Counted from the first letter of the stretch, positions 40,947-50,118 are shown. The stretch: 64,000 nucleotides of DNA from Acholeplasmataceae bacterium (GCA_963675245.1 OY775910.1:1312001-1376000), one strand, 5' to 3'. Notes: a model not told the origin generated them from the letters alone. Numbers and translations: made by a program.

Positions 40947-41258
40947 ATGACATATGAAGAATTTATTAAAGGAATAAATAATCGAACTAGAATCAAACAA
41001 ATAAACTTTTATATAAAGAATTATCACCATTATAAAAATTGTAGTATTGGTAGATATATAGATAACGTTAAAACAGTACAAAAAAAAATTAATGGAAGGA
41101 TAACCTGTATTCTAACTGAAGATCATTCAGAAGATGTATCTTTTTACGGTGATTTTAGTGAAAATTATAAATTGTTTGATTTAGGTTCAAAAGGAAAATA
41201 TACATTGAAAGACATTTGGAACAATATCGTAATTACCAAAATTGAATTCTTTAAATAG
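40947..41258 (+). CDS. Hypothetical protein
   Basis: GGAGGT RBS. Confidence 0.65.
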   Translation: MTYEEFIKGINNRTRIKQINFYIKNYHHYKNCSIGRYIDNVKTVQKKINGRITCILTEDHSEDVSFYGDFSENYKLFDLGSKGKYTLKDIWNNIVITKIEFFK

Positions 41259-41356
41259 TTAATTAGATGTTCTTTAAATTTCAATTTGCTGTTTTTAATT
41301 ATTTTTAGCTCATTAGAAAAAGATTATGTTAAATTAATCAGATTATATTTTCAATC

Positions 41357-41456
41357 ATGTAACATTTTTTGTTTCATGAATTGCCTTACAAAGGGGTAAA
41401 GTATCTAAATACCTCTCAAAGGTTATGTTTTTTTTATTAAATGAACATGATATAAT
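41357..41456 (+). repeat. Site D: right-end homolog fused to a left-end promoter segment
   Basis: 41357-41430 matches 33729-33802 at 58/74 ungapped (hand count), then resembles the segment after site A. Confidence 0.72.
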
Positions 41457-41484
41457 GAAGAAAATGATCTATAGGAGTACCATC

Positions 41485-41574
41485 TTGATTAATATTATAT
41501 ATGATGTTGATGTTACAAAATTAAAATATTTACTTCCAAAACAATATGATAATTTGAAAATATACTATTCATAG
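41485..41574 (+). pseudogene. Possible truncated cassette gene (29 codons)
   Basis: TGATATAAT, AGGAG RBS, TTG start, early TAG. Confidence 0.35.
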
Positions 41575-41631
41575 TATGTCATGTAAAATCCTTACTATAA
41601 GGACAAATATGACAAGATGGGATGGAGAAAA

Positions 41632-41832
41632 ATGAAAGATTTGATACTGTACATGGTAAATGAAGTCAAAGACATTCTGAAAATAACGCAGCGAACGCTG
41701 TACAATTACATTAAGAGTGGTGACTTAAAAGCCGTAAAAATCGGCAAATATTGGCGAGTAAAAAAATCCGACTTGGAAGAATTTATTGAATTTGGTACCA
41801 ACAAATCACACGACATTAACTCTTCAAAATAG
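41632..41832 (+). CDS. Excisionase-like (MerR-fold HTH_17) DNA-binding protein
   Basis: LY.V.EVKDILKITQRTLYNYIKSGDLKAVKIGKYWRV. Confidence 0.85.
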   Translation: MKDLILYMVNEVKDILKITQRTLYNYIKSGDLKAVKIGKYWRVKKSDLEEFIEFGTNKSHDINSSK

Positions 41833-41869
41833 AGTTTATTCGTCGCAAGGAATACAACAACAATATATT

Positions 41870-41894
41870 AAAACGCTCAAACGAGCGTTTTTTT
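41870..41894 (+). terminator. Intrinsic terminator
   Basis: AAACGCTC/GAGCGTTT plus T tract. Confidence 0.7.
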
Positions 41895-42213
41895 ATGTCT
41901 GAACTAATTCATGCTGCGAAAGAAACGGATATGATTAATGATAAAAGAATCAAAGAAAATCAAAAACATAATAAAAATAATCAACTTTAATTCGCTCAAT
42001 ACAACATTGTTAATGTGTATTTAATAAAAATAACCTATAAAATTTTGACATACTATCATGACAAGATGTATTGTCTTAGAAAATTTGAAATATGTTACAT
42101 TTTTTATGTGTTAAAAAGATATTGTTTACATCCGAATTACAATATAATTATGATTGAATATTATATGATTAGCGCTTATAATGAGGGTGATTAGAAAAGG
42201 CAAGGTGATGGAT

Positions 42214-43443
42214 ATGAATAAAAGAGAAATTGTAGATGGTATATATAGTTTTTCAATGAACATTGACAACATTATATTTGAAAATATGTGGGAACTACCT
42301 CATGGTGTATCGATGAATTCATACATTGTTAAAGGTAATGATGTGGCTATTATTGATGGTGTCATAGGTTGGGATGGTGTGCCTGAAACACTTTACAAAA
42401 ATTTAAAAGATTTTGATATTGAACTTGAAGACATTAAATATCTTGTTGTTAACCACGTTGAGATGGATCACACTGGATGGTTGACTAACTTCAAAAAAAT
42501 GAGTAAAGATTTTACCGTTGTCGCAACCAAAAAAGGAGAAGACATAATCAAATCATTTTATGGCGATGACATGAACATCTTAGTGGTCAAAGATGGAGAC
42601 ACATTAGATCTTGGTCATGGTAAGATATTAGCATTTTATGAAATTCCAAATGTACATTGGCCTGAGACGATGATGACTTATGAAATCAGTTCAAAAGCAT
42701 TATTTCCATGTGATTTATATGGTATTTTTGGGACAGTTAAAGGTCATCTTTATGATGATGAATTAACGGATGATGAAAAGAAGATATATGCTGAAGAAGG
42801 CTTAAGGTATTATACCAATGTTATGATGACCTATACACCAAGAGTTAAAAAGGCGATTGAAAAAACAAGGGCATTAGATATTAAGTTAATTCTTCCTGGT
42901 CATGGTATCTTGTATCGTGGTAATCCAGATCAAATCGTAGATGATTATGAACGATGGGGTGCTTATACAAATGGCCAAGGTGAGAATGAAGTCACGATTA
43001 TTTGGGGGTCAATGTATGGATCAACTGAAAAAATGGTCAATTATACGAAAGGACTACTAGAAAAAGAAGGCATTAAAGTAAAGATGGTCCAAATGCCTTA
43101 TGACACACAAAGTAATGTTTTAACAAAATCACTTAGTTCTGCAGCGATAATAATCGCTGCACCTACCTATGAATATAAAATGTTTCCACCTGTAGCTCAT
43201 GCACTTGATGAACTTGGTAGAAAAAGAATGATTGGAAAGAAGACGCTTTATTTTGGATCAGCTGGATGGATTGGTGGTGCAAAAAAGGATTTTGAATCTA
43301 TTCTTGAGACATCACGTATGAAATGGGATATTGTGGATGCTTTAGAGTTTATTGGTACAGCGGATGAAGATGCTTATCAAATGATCAATCATGCAGTTAA
43401 GAAATTAATTGAATCAATGAAGGAAAATATTTATCAAAGATAA
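42214..43443 (+). CDS. fprA: Flavodiiron protein (FprA/A-type flavoprotein)
   Basis: HVEMDH, HWPE, PGHG, flavodoxin SMYGST; start could be 42181-42214. Confidence 0.92.
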   Translation: MNKREIVDGIYSFSMNIDNIIFENMWELPHGVSMNSYIVKGNDVAIIDGVIGWDGVPETLYKNLKDFDIELEDIKYLVVNHVEMDHTGWLTNFKKMSKDFTVVATKKGEDIIKSFYGDDMNILVVKDGDTLDLGHGKILAFYEIPNVHWPETMMTYEISSKALFPCDLYGIFGTVKGHLYDDELTDDEKKIYAEEGLRYYTNVMMTYTPRVKKAIEKTRALDIKLILPGHGILYRGNPDQIVDDYERWGAYTNGQGENEVTIIWGSMYGSTEKMVNYTKGLLEKEGIKVKMVQMPYDTQSNVLTKSLSSAAIIIAAPTYEYKMFPPVAHALDELGRKRMIGKKTLYFGSAGWIGGAKKDFESILETSRMKWDIVDALEFIGTADEDAYQMINHAVKKLIESMKENIYQR

Positions 43444-43769
43444 TCTATTATTTATTTTTGCAACAACTATTAGAGATGTTAGTCAATAGCTAGCATCTTT
43501 TTTGATAAATAAAGAATTATTAACATTATTCATGCATAAGTGTGTGATTTATTGGGATTTAAAGCAAATTGATAAACGTACAATAGTTGTAGTAGTAAGA
43601 TAAAGACAAAGAAAGAAATTACTAACTTTTATCAATGAGGTGACTAACTATTAAAAGTCAAGTACTTTTAGTAGATAAACTGTAAAAACCTCCAATAGCC
43701 ATAATTTTTAGAGGTTAGCCATATAACTGGATGATTTTATGACTTAACCGCCACAGTTTAAGTAATCAA

Positions 43770-44930
43770 TTATTGTAGTTTAGAGGAATCAAAATCTTCC
43801 TGATGTGTTTCGAGATGATGAATGACTCTAATGAGTTTTTTTGAAAGATGAACCAGTGCGACACGATGATGTTTACCCTCTTGTTTCTTCTTGGTGTAGT
43901 AGTCGTAGAAGACGGGGTTATAGATCATAACCATCATTGAGATATTGATGAGTGTTGCTCTTAGGTACTTGCTGCCACGTTTAACCAGTTTACCTGTTGA
44001 AGACATGGTGCCAGACTGTCTGATGGTTGAATCCAGACCTGCATAGGATAACATTTCAGCGGGATTGGAGAAAAGTGAAATATCACCATATTCTGAAACG
44101 ATGACAGCTGCTGAAATGATTCCGATACCTTTAATGGTTTGAATCTTAGTTGGATATCGATGCATTAAAGAAATGATCTGTTTCTCAGTTTCTTCGATAT
44201 CTTGATTGAGTTTCTCAACATAAGAAATTGAAGTCTTAAGTTTGAATAGTTGATGATCTTGTGTCACACCAATGGTTGATTTTGCGAGTTCCTTCAGTTT
44301 AACAAACTTCGGATAATTGAATTTACCCATCGATCGTTTACGAAGCTTATCGAAGTGGTCATCAGTCATCCTTGCTATTTTATCCGGTGATGAAAAGCGC
44401 TTCAAGATGTATAAAGATGTATCACTATAGCCTTGTTCTTGCATAAAAGGTTTGAATTCAGGAAAGATGACATCTAAGACCTTGGTCATCATATTGTAGT
44501 GTTTCGTCCGAATTGAGATGAGTTTAAAACGTAACCTGGTCAGTGATTTTAAAGCACTTATATGATAAGATTGATGATGATAGGCTTTGTAGTCTACAGA
44601 TCTCATATAAGTTGAAATCATTTGTGCATCTTTCTTATCCGTCTTTGTTTTTCTCAGTGAATGGGCTTCTCCAAACTTCTTCACGAGAAAAGGATTAATC
44701 TCCATGAATGAATATCCATGGAGGATAAGAAATGACTTAAGGTTTTCTCCATAATGACCTGTGGCCTCTAAGCCTATTATCATTTCTTGCTTGACTAAAG
44801 AGTTAAAGTATCCTAATAGTTCTTTAAACCCAGACTGACTGTTCTCAAATGAGAACTGATGGCTAACTGTTTCGGTGGCGATGAAACAGTCATGCTTGTA
44901 CTTTGAAATATCGATGCCGATATAGATCAT
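43770..44930 (-). CDS. IS110 recombinase/transposase
   Basis: GIDISK, LEATGHY, KTDKKDA (DEDD RuvC), GIG, YAGL...QSG, KRG. Confidence 0.96.
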   Translation of the reverse strand: MIYIGIDISKYKHDCFIATETVSHQFSFENSQSGFKELLGYFNSLVKQEMIIGLEATGHYGENLKSFLILHGYSFMEINPFLVKKFGEAHSLRKTKTDKKDAQMISTYMRSVDYKAYHHQSYHISALKSLTRLRFKLISIRTKHYNMMTKVLDVIFPEFKPFMQEQGYSDTSLYILKRFSSPDKIARMTDDHFDKLRKRSMGKFNYPKFVKLKELAKSTIGVTQDHQLFKLKTSISYVEKLNQDIEETEKQIISLMHRYPTKIQTIKGIGIISAAVIVSEYGDISLFSNPAEMLSYAGLDSTIRQSGTMSSTGKLVKRGSKYLRATLINISMMVMIYNPVFYDYYTKKKQEGKHHRVALVHLSKKLIRVIHHLETHQEDFDSSKLQ

Positions 44931-44944
44931 AAGTACACCTCCAA

Positions 44945-45175
44945 GAATTAAATTTGTACGTGTGGTAAGTCCAGCAGCGTCTTTATCTCATAATCATGTA
45001 AAAAGCGTCTTCCGCTAACTAACTATTGCTGATTAAAATAAAGACCGTGGTAAGCGTCACCTCAAAATAGTCTAGGTTATAAAAATATGACACAGATCCA
45101 CAGTACATTATTAGTATATTAAATTAGAACGAAAGGAGTAAAGATTTAAAGACTTAAGTAACTAACTTAATACAC
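44945..45175 (-). ncRNA. Predicted IS110 bridge RNA (ends approximate)
   Basis: Nested stems with internal loops whose segments match the donor junction and target flanks. Confidence 0.8.
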
Positions 45176-45195
45176 TTTAAATCTTACATGACTGT

Positions 45196-45525
45196 ATGAA
45201 AAATAAAATCATCATATTATTACTCCTGGTTTCATTTTTTGTTGGTGCTGTTCAATTATTATCTAATCGATCAGTTTCGACTGATGCAAACTCAGGTGCT
45301 ACACAACACGCTATTTCATCAAACATTGATGGCACGACAAGTCCAACAATCATTAATGAAGGTGCATTTTTTGATGGTCTTGCAGGTGTAACGATGATAT
45401 CTGAACTAGATGCCTTAAGTGGTGCATCAACATCTAGAGATGAATATGACGACGATGATGATGAACATGAAGATGAGTATGAACATGAAGATGAACACGA
45501 AGATGAATCGGAGTATGATGACTAA
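45196..45525 (+). CDS. Small exported peptide with flavinylation-like motifs and an acidic/His tail
   Basis: Signal anchor, DANSGAT and DALSGAS, D/E/H-rich C-terminus; RBS displaced by the IS. Confidence 0.65.
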   Translation: MKNKIIILLLLVSFFVGAVQLLSNRSVSTDANSGATQHAISSNIDGTTSPTIINEGAFFDGLAGVTMISELDALSGASTSRDEYDDDDDEHEDEYEHEDEHEDESEYDD

Positions 45526-46148
45526 TGTTGACTATTTTATTAACAGCATTATTATTTGCAGTTTCCGGATATTTTTTCAGTAAGCAAATTAGAGTAAGTG
45601 CAATCTTTTGGTATATAGTTGCTAGCCTTATAGCGATATTTGTAGATCCTCATTCTGCAAATATATTTAGTCTTGGTTACGTCGCATTTGGTATTTTATT
45701 GTTAGTGATGTTTATGGGTGTATTTGATAAAGGAAAATTTAGAAATCAATTATTAGGAGTTAGAGGAGAATATGCCATCATTGGCACGATTTTATTGTTT
45801 CCACATGCGTGGGGTTATTTTGAATTTTATGGACTTGAAAACAATTTTTTTCAAAACAATCTATCCTTCTATATAGGTATAATTGCTTTAATCACTATGT
45901 TACCTTTAACATTAACCTCATTTAGAATTGTAAAAAGTAAAATGAAATATAAGAAATGGAAGAAATTACATCAACTATCTTATTTATTTTACGCACTGAT
46001 TGCTACACATATAATCTTACTTGACAATCAAAGATTTTGGCTTTATGTCATGATATTTGGAGTTTATACGATTATGAAGGTGATTATGCTACTTCAACCG
46101 AATAAAGCTAAACAACAGCAAAAACACAAAGCTATCCAACACAATTAA
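45525..46148 (+). CDS. MsrQ-like ferric reductase transmembrane protein
   Basis: RGEYAI...H, PLTLTS, WKKLHQLSY...H. Confidence 0.8.
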   Translation: MLTILLTALLFAVSGYFFSKQIRVSAIFWYIVASLIAIFVDPHSANIFSLGYVAFGILLLVMFMGVFDKGKFRNQLLGVRGEYAIIGTILLFPHAWGYFEFYGLENNFFQNNLSFYIGIIALITMLPLTLTSFRIVKSKMKYKKWKKLHQLSYLFYALIATHIILLDNQRFWLYVMIFGVYTIMKVIMLLQPNKAKQQQKHKAIQHN

Positions 46149-46165
46149 ATTTTAAAGAAAGGTGA

Positions 46166-46543
46166 ATGTACATGAGTGTTTTTACAACATTTTTAGAAAA
46201 AATAAATTCATTAGAACATCGTTATAAATTAGCGAATATATTGGATTGGATTCAGACCAACTATCCACAATTAGTACCTATGATTAAATGGAATCAACCT
46301 ATGTTTACTGATCATGATACATTTATTATAGGTTTTAGTGTTGCGAAACAACATATCGCCATCACCATTGAAAAATATGGCATGGATAAATTTAGATTAG
46401 AAATTGAAAATGCAGGATACGAACAAACCATGATGCTTTTTAAAATCAAGTGGGAGCAAACCGTTAATTATGGTCTATTGGAACGCATGATTGCATTTAA
46501 AATCAATGATAAATTAAATGATACTCATTTTTGGAAAAAGTGA
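46166..46543 (+). CDS. YdhG-like/DUF1801 protein
   Basis: IKWNQPMFTDHDTFIIGFS, FW tail. Confidence 0.75.
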   Translation: MYMSVFTTFLEKINSLEHRYKLANILDWIQTNYPQLVPMIKWNQPMFTDHDTFIIGFSVAKQHIAITIEKYGMDKFRLEIENAGYEQTMMLFKIKWEQTVNYGLLERMIAFKINDKLNDTHFWKK

Positions 46544-46692
46544 TGATTTGTCTTTACATAAAAGCGTTTACATTTTATAATATAAGTATGAGACATCTTG
46601 TTATTTTAGAGAAAGAATATGATAGGATTAAATATAAGACTAATAGCCTTTTTTAAGGTTGTTTTTTTCGTTGAAAGTGGGGAACATATATC

Positions 46693-48483
46693 GTGATAAA
46701 AGGAATAAATGCGATTGAATGGGTTAACGAAATGGCATTGCTTTGTGAACCGAATGACATTCATTGGGTAACAGGTGAAGAAGAAGAAAATAAGGCTTTT
46801 TTAGATCAATTAATAAATGAGCATAAAGCCATAAAGTTAAATGAAAAAACAAGACCTAATTCGTATGCTTTCTTTAGTGATCCGATGGATGTTGCACGGG
46901 TTGAAGAGAGAACATTTATTGCAAGTCTTAATGAAGATGATTCAGGTCCTACAAATCATTGGCGTGAACCCGAAGAATTAAAAGCAGAAATGAAAGCTTT
47001 ATATAAAGGTTCTATGAAAGGTAGAACCATGTATGTGATTCCATTCATTATGGGTCCATATGGGTCGCCACTTTCTAAAATTGGTATCCAACTCACTGAT
47101 AGTTTGTATGTGGTTGTCAATATGAGGATCATGACAAGAGTTGGGTATAAAGTACTTGAACTCATTAATCAAGGTGAATCATTCGTACCGTGCCTACATT
47201 CAGTTGGATATCCGTTAATAGAAGATGTACCTGATATTGCTTGGCCTTCTGCACCCATTGAAAAGAAATATATTGCTCATTTTCCTGATGAAGAATTGAT
47301 TTGGTCATATGGATCAGGTTATGGTGGAAATGCGTTGTTAGGCAAGAAATGTCTAGCATTAAGAATTGCTAGTGTGATGGCAAAAAAAGAACACTGGATG
47401 GCTGAACACATGTTAATCATTAAGGTGACTAATCCTGAAGGAAAAGTTAAATACATAACAGGTGCATTTCCCTCTGCGTGTGGTAAGACCAATCTGGCGA
47501 TGTTAATCCCTACAATTAAAGGGTGGAAAGTTGAAACAATCGGTGACGATATAGCATGGTTGTGGGTCAAAGAAGACGGGAAATTATATGCGATAAACCC
47601 TGAATATGGTTTCTTTGGTGTGGCTAAAGGAACATCGTATAAATCAAATCCAAACGCGATGAAAACAATCGAAAAAAATGCCATATTTACGAATGTCGCG
47701 ATCACTGATGATAATGATGTGTGGTGGGAAGGTATTGATTATGATAAACCTAACCATTTAAAAGATTGGGAACATCATGATTGGTATGCTGGTTCTTCAG
47801 CACCTGCAGCTCATCCTAATGGTCGTTTTACTGCTTATGCAAGCCAATCCCCTGTCATGGCACCTGAATGGGAAGATCCTCATGGTGTGCCGATATCTGC
47901 AATATTAGTGGGTGGTAGAAGACCTGATACTATTCCATTAGTACATGAAAGTTTAAATTGGAATCACGGCGTCTTTATGGGATCTATGATGGGATCTGAA
48001 ATCACAGCAGCGACTCTCACAAAAGATGTTGGTAAAATCAGAAGAGATCCGTTTGCGATGTTACCTTTTATAGGGTATCATGTCGGTGACTATTTGAATC
48101 ATTGGTTAGAGATGGGAAAAAGAATAAACAAAAAAACAGAGCCGAAATTTTTCTATGTCAATTGGTTTAGACGTGATGAAAATGGTCAATTTTTATGGCC
48201 CGGATTTGGTGAAAATTCTAGAGTGATTAAATGGATATTTGAGCGTTGCGATCACACAGTTGATGCTAAAATGACACCGATTGGTTATATACCTGAAAAG
48301 GATAGTCTAGATTTAGAAGGTATTGATGTATCTGAGGATCAAATGAATGAATTATTAACGGTTAATAAAGATCAGTGGCTTACTGAAGCTAGCTCAATTG
48401 AGAAATTTTATCAAACGATTGGTAGAAAGTTACCAACTGCATTAATACAGGAATTAGAAAATTTAAAAAAGAGATTAAAATAA
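46693..48483 (+). CDS. pckG: Phosphoenolpyruvate carboxykinase (GTP)
   Basis: GSGYGGNALLGKKC, FPSACGKTNLAM, GDDIAW. Confidence 0.96.
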   Translation: MIKGINAIEWVNEMALLCEPNDIHWVTGEEEENKAFLDQLINEHKAIKLNEKTRPNSYAFFSDPMDVARVEERTFIASLNEDDSGPTNHWREPEELKAEMKALYKGSMKGRTMYVIPFIMGPYGSPLSKIGIQLTDSLYVVVNMRIMTRVGYKVLELINQGESFVPCLHSVGYPLIEDVPDIAWPSAPIEKKYIAHFPDEELIWSYGSGYGGNALLGKKCLALRIASVMAKKEHWMAEHMLIIKVTNPEGKVKYITGAFPSACGKTNLAMLIPTIKGWKVETIGDDIAWLWVKEDGKLYAINPEYGFFGVAKGTSYKSNPNAMKTIEKNAIFTNVAITDDNDVWWEGIDYDKPNHLKDWEHHDWYAGSSAPAAHPNGRFTAYASQSPVMAPEWEDPHGVPISAILVGGRRPDTIPLVHESLNWNHGVFMGSMMGSEITAATLTKDVGKIRRDPFAMLPFIGYHVGDYLNHWLEMGKRINKKTEPKFFYVNWFRRDENGQFLWPGFGENSRVIKWIFERCDHTVDAKMTPIGYIPEKDSLDLEGIDVSEDQMNELLTVNKDQWLTEASSIEKFYQTIGRKLPTALIQELENLKKRLK

Positions 48484-48506
48484 AAACCTCTTAATTGAGG
48501 TTTTTT
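48482..48506. terminator. Bidirectional terminator
   Basis: AAAAACCTC/GAGGTTTTT between convergent genes. Confidence 0.7.
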
Positions 48507-50118
48507 AATAACTGGCAATAGCACCATCGCATCTTGATTCGGTACCACCGACGAGTACGCCAGTTTCATTGTTTCTCCAAATAATTTGCCCTCTACCGAA
48601 AGAGGAAGAATCTGTTTCTATTTTAATGTCATGTCCTTTTGCAATGAGTGCTTTTATGATTGCTTTATCACAGGCTGATTCAACTGCAACTTGTTTTTGT
48701 TGAAGCCATTGCCATCTTGGTGCATCAAGTGCCGATTGTGGATTCATCTTAAAATCGATTGTGTTCATAATGACTTGGAGATGTCCTTGCGGTTGCATAA
48801 AACCGCCCATAACGCCAAATGGACCTATCGCTTTATTATCTTTAGTTAAAAAGCCAGGGATGATCGTATGATATGGTTTCTTTCGCGGTGCTAAAGCATT
48901 ATAATGTGTGTCATCAAACGAGAAGTTGTGACCTCTGTTTTGAAGTGCAATTCCTGTATGTGGAATCACTATACCAGAACCGAAGCCCATATAATTACTT
49001 TGGATATAAGAGACCATATTACCTTCTTGATCAGCTGTTGCTAAATAAACAGTACCACCTTTTGGTGGGATACCTGCTTTAGGTATTTGTGCTTGGTCTG
49101 AAATAAGTAAACGTCTTTGTTTAGCATAATCTTCACTTAATAATCCTTTAATAGAAACGTGCATATACTTATGATCAGTAACATAAGTTTGTGCATCAGC
49201 AAAAGCGAGTTTAATCGCTTCGATTTGTTTATGAAATGTATCAGCACTATCATGATGATCAAAGGTATCATGTTTCAATATATTTAAGGCTTGAAGCGCA
49301 ACGATGCCTTGTCCATTAGGTGGCATTTCCCACACATTAAAGCCTTTATAGTTCACGGAAATTGGCGTGATCCACTCGGGTTCATAGGATGAGAAATCTT
49401 CTTTACATAAAAAACCACCATGTGCCTTTGAAAAAGCTATGATTTGATCTGTCAATTCACCATCATAAAATGCTTTAGCATATGTTTTACCAATGAGTTC
49501 AAGTGTCTTAGCATGACCTTTTGAATGCCACATTTCTCCAATTTTTGGTGCTTGACCATTGATTGTGAATGTATCAAACCAAGGCTTAAACATGTCATCT
49601 TTAAGATGTTTAGAGTAGAGGTTAAATGCATTTTCCCAATGGTAACCGAGTGTGGGTGAAATGGGATATCCGAATGCCGCATAGTTAATTGCAGGTTGTA
49701 AGACATCAATTAGTGGTAACTTCCCAAAACGTTTTGAAAGCATTGCCCATCCAGCTGGTGTACCAGGTACTGTAACAGGTACCATACCAAAACGGGGTAT
49801 TTCAGTTAGACCCATTTTCTTTAAGGCGTCAATGGAAATGTCTTTAGGTGCATAACCACTCGCATTGAGACCATGAAGTTCACCTTTAAACCAAACGATT
49901 GCAAAAGCATCACTACCAATGCCATTAGAAGTAGGTTCGACAACTGTAAGGCATGCTGCGGTTGCAATTGCAGCATCAATAGCGTTACCACCTTTTTTTA
50001 AAATATCCAATCCTGCTTGAGCGGCTAAAGGTTGAGAAGTAGCAACCATACCGTTTCTAGCATAGACACAATTTCTTTTAGAGGGATAGGGATATGAGAG
50101 TGGATTGTTTTCGAACAT
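48505..50118 (-). CDS. ggt: Gamma-glutamyltransferase family (YwrD-like)
   Basis: GGNAIDAA, GGTVY (Thr nucleophile), GVMGGFMQPQ. Confidence 0.92.
   Translation of the reverse strand: MFENNPLSYPYPSKRNCVYARNGMVATSQPLAAQAGLDILKKGGNAIDAAIATAACLTVVEPTSNGIGSDAFAIVWFKGELHGLNASGYAPKDISIDALKKMGLTEIPRFGMVPVTVPGTPAGWAMLSKRFGKLPLIDVLQPAINYAAFGYPISPTLGYHWENAFNLYSKHLKDDMFKPWFDTFTINGQAPKIGEMWHSKGHAKTLELIGKTYAKAFYDGELTDQIIAFSKAHGGFLCKEDFSSYEPEWITPISVNYKGFNVWEMPPNGQGIVALQALNILKHDTFDHHDSADTFHKQIEAIKLAFADAQTYVTDHKYMHVSIKGLLSEDYAKQRRLLISDQAQIPKAGIPPKGGTVYLATADQEGNMVSYIQSNYMGFGSGIVIPHTGIALQNRGHNFSFDDTHYNALAPRKKPYHTIIPGFLTKDNKAIGPFGVMGGFMQPQGHLQVIMNTIDFKMNPQSALDAPRWQWLQQKQVAVESACDKAIIKALIAKGHDIKIETDSSSFGRGQIIWRNNETGVLVGGTESRCDGAIASY

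Larger units (their letters stand above)
32322..42070. mobile_element. AT-rich genomic island / cassette array at the tRNA-Ser 3' end, no integrase seen
   Basis: Starts right after the tRNA; co-oriented hypothetical genes, recurring end repeats, tRNA 3' fragments, excisionase-like HTH; right boundary approximate. Confidence 0.75.
43646..45193 (-). mobile_element. IS110-family insertion sequence
   Basis: Transposase plus non-coding ends; TGACT at both junctions (43641-43645, 45189-45193); removal restores GAGGTG-ACTGT-ATG. Confidence 0.88.

Noticed and set aside
32330..41456. CRISPR array or classical integron
   Set aside because: Repeats are kilobases apart; no cas genes, no intI and no RYYYAAC/GTTRRRY attC pattern.
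45439..45522. GAT/GAA/CAT-rich low-complexity repeat
   Set aside because: Explained by the acidic His-rich coding tail; not an independent DNA repeat.
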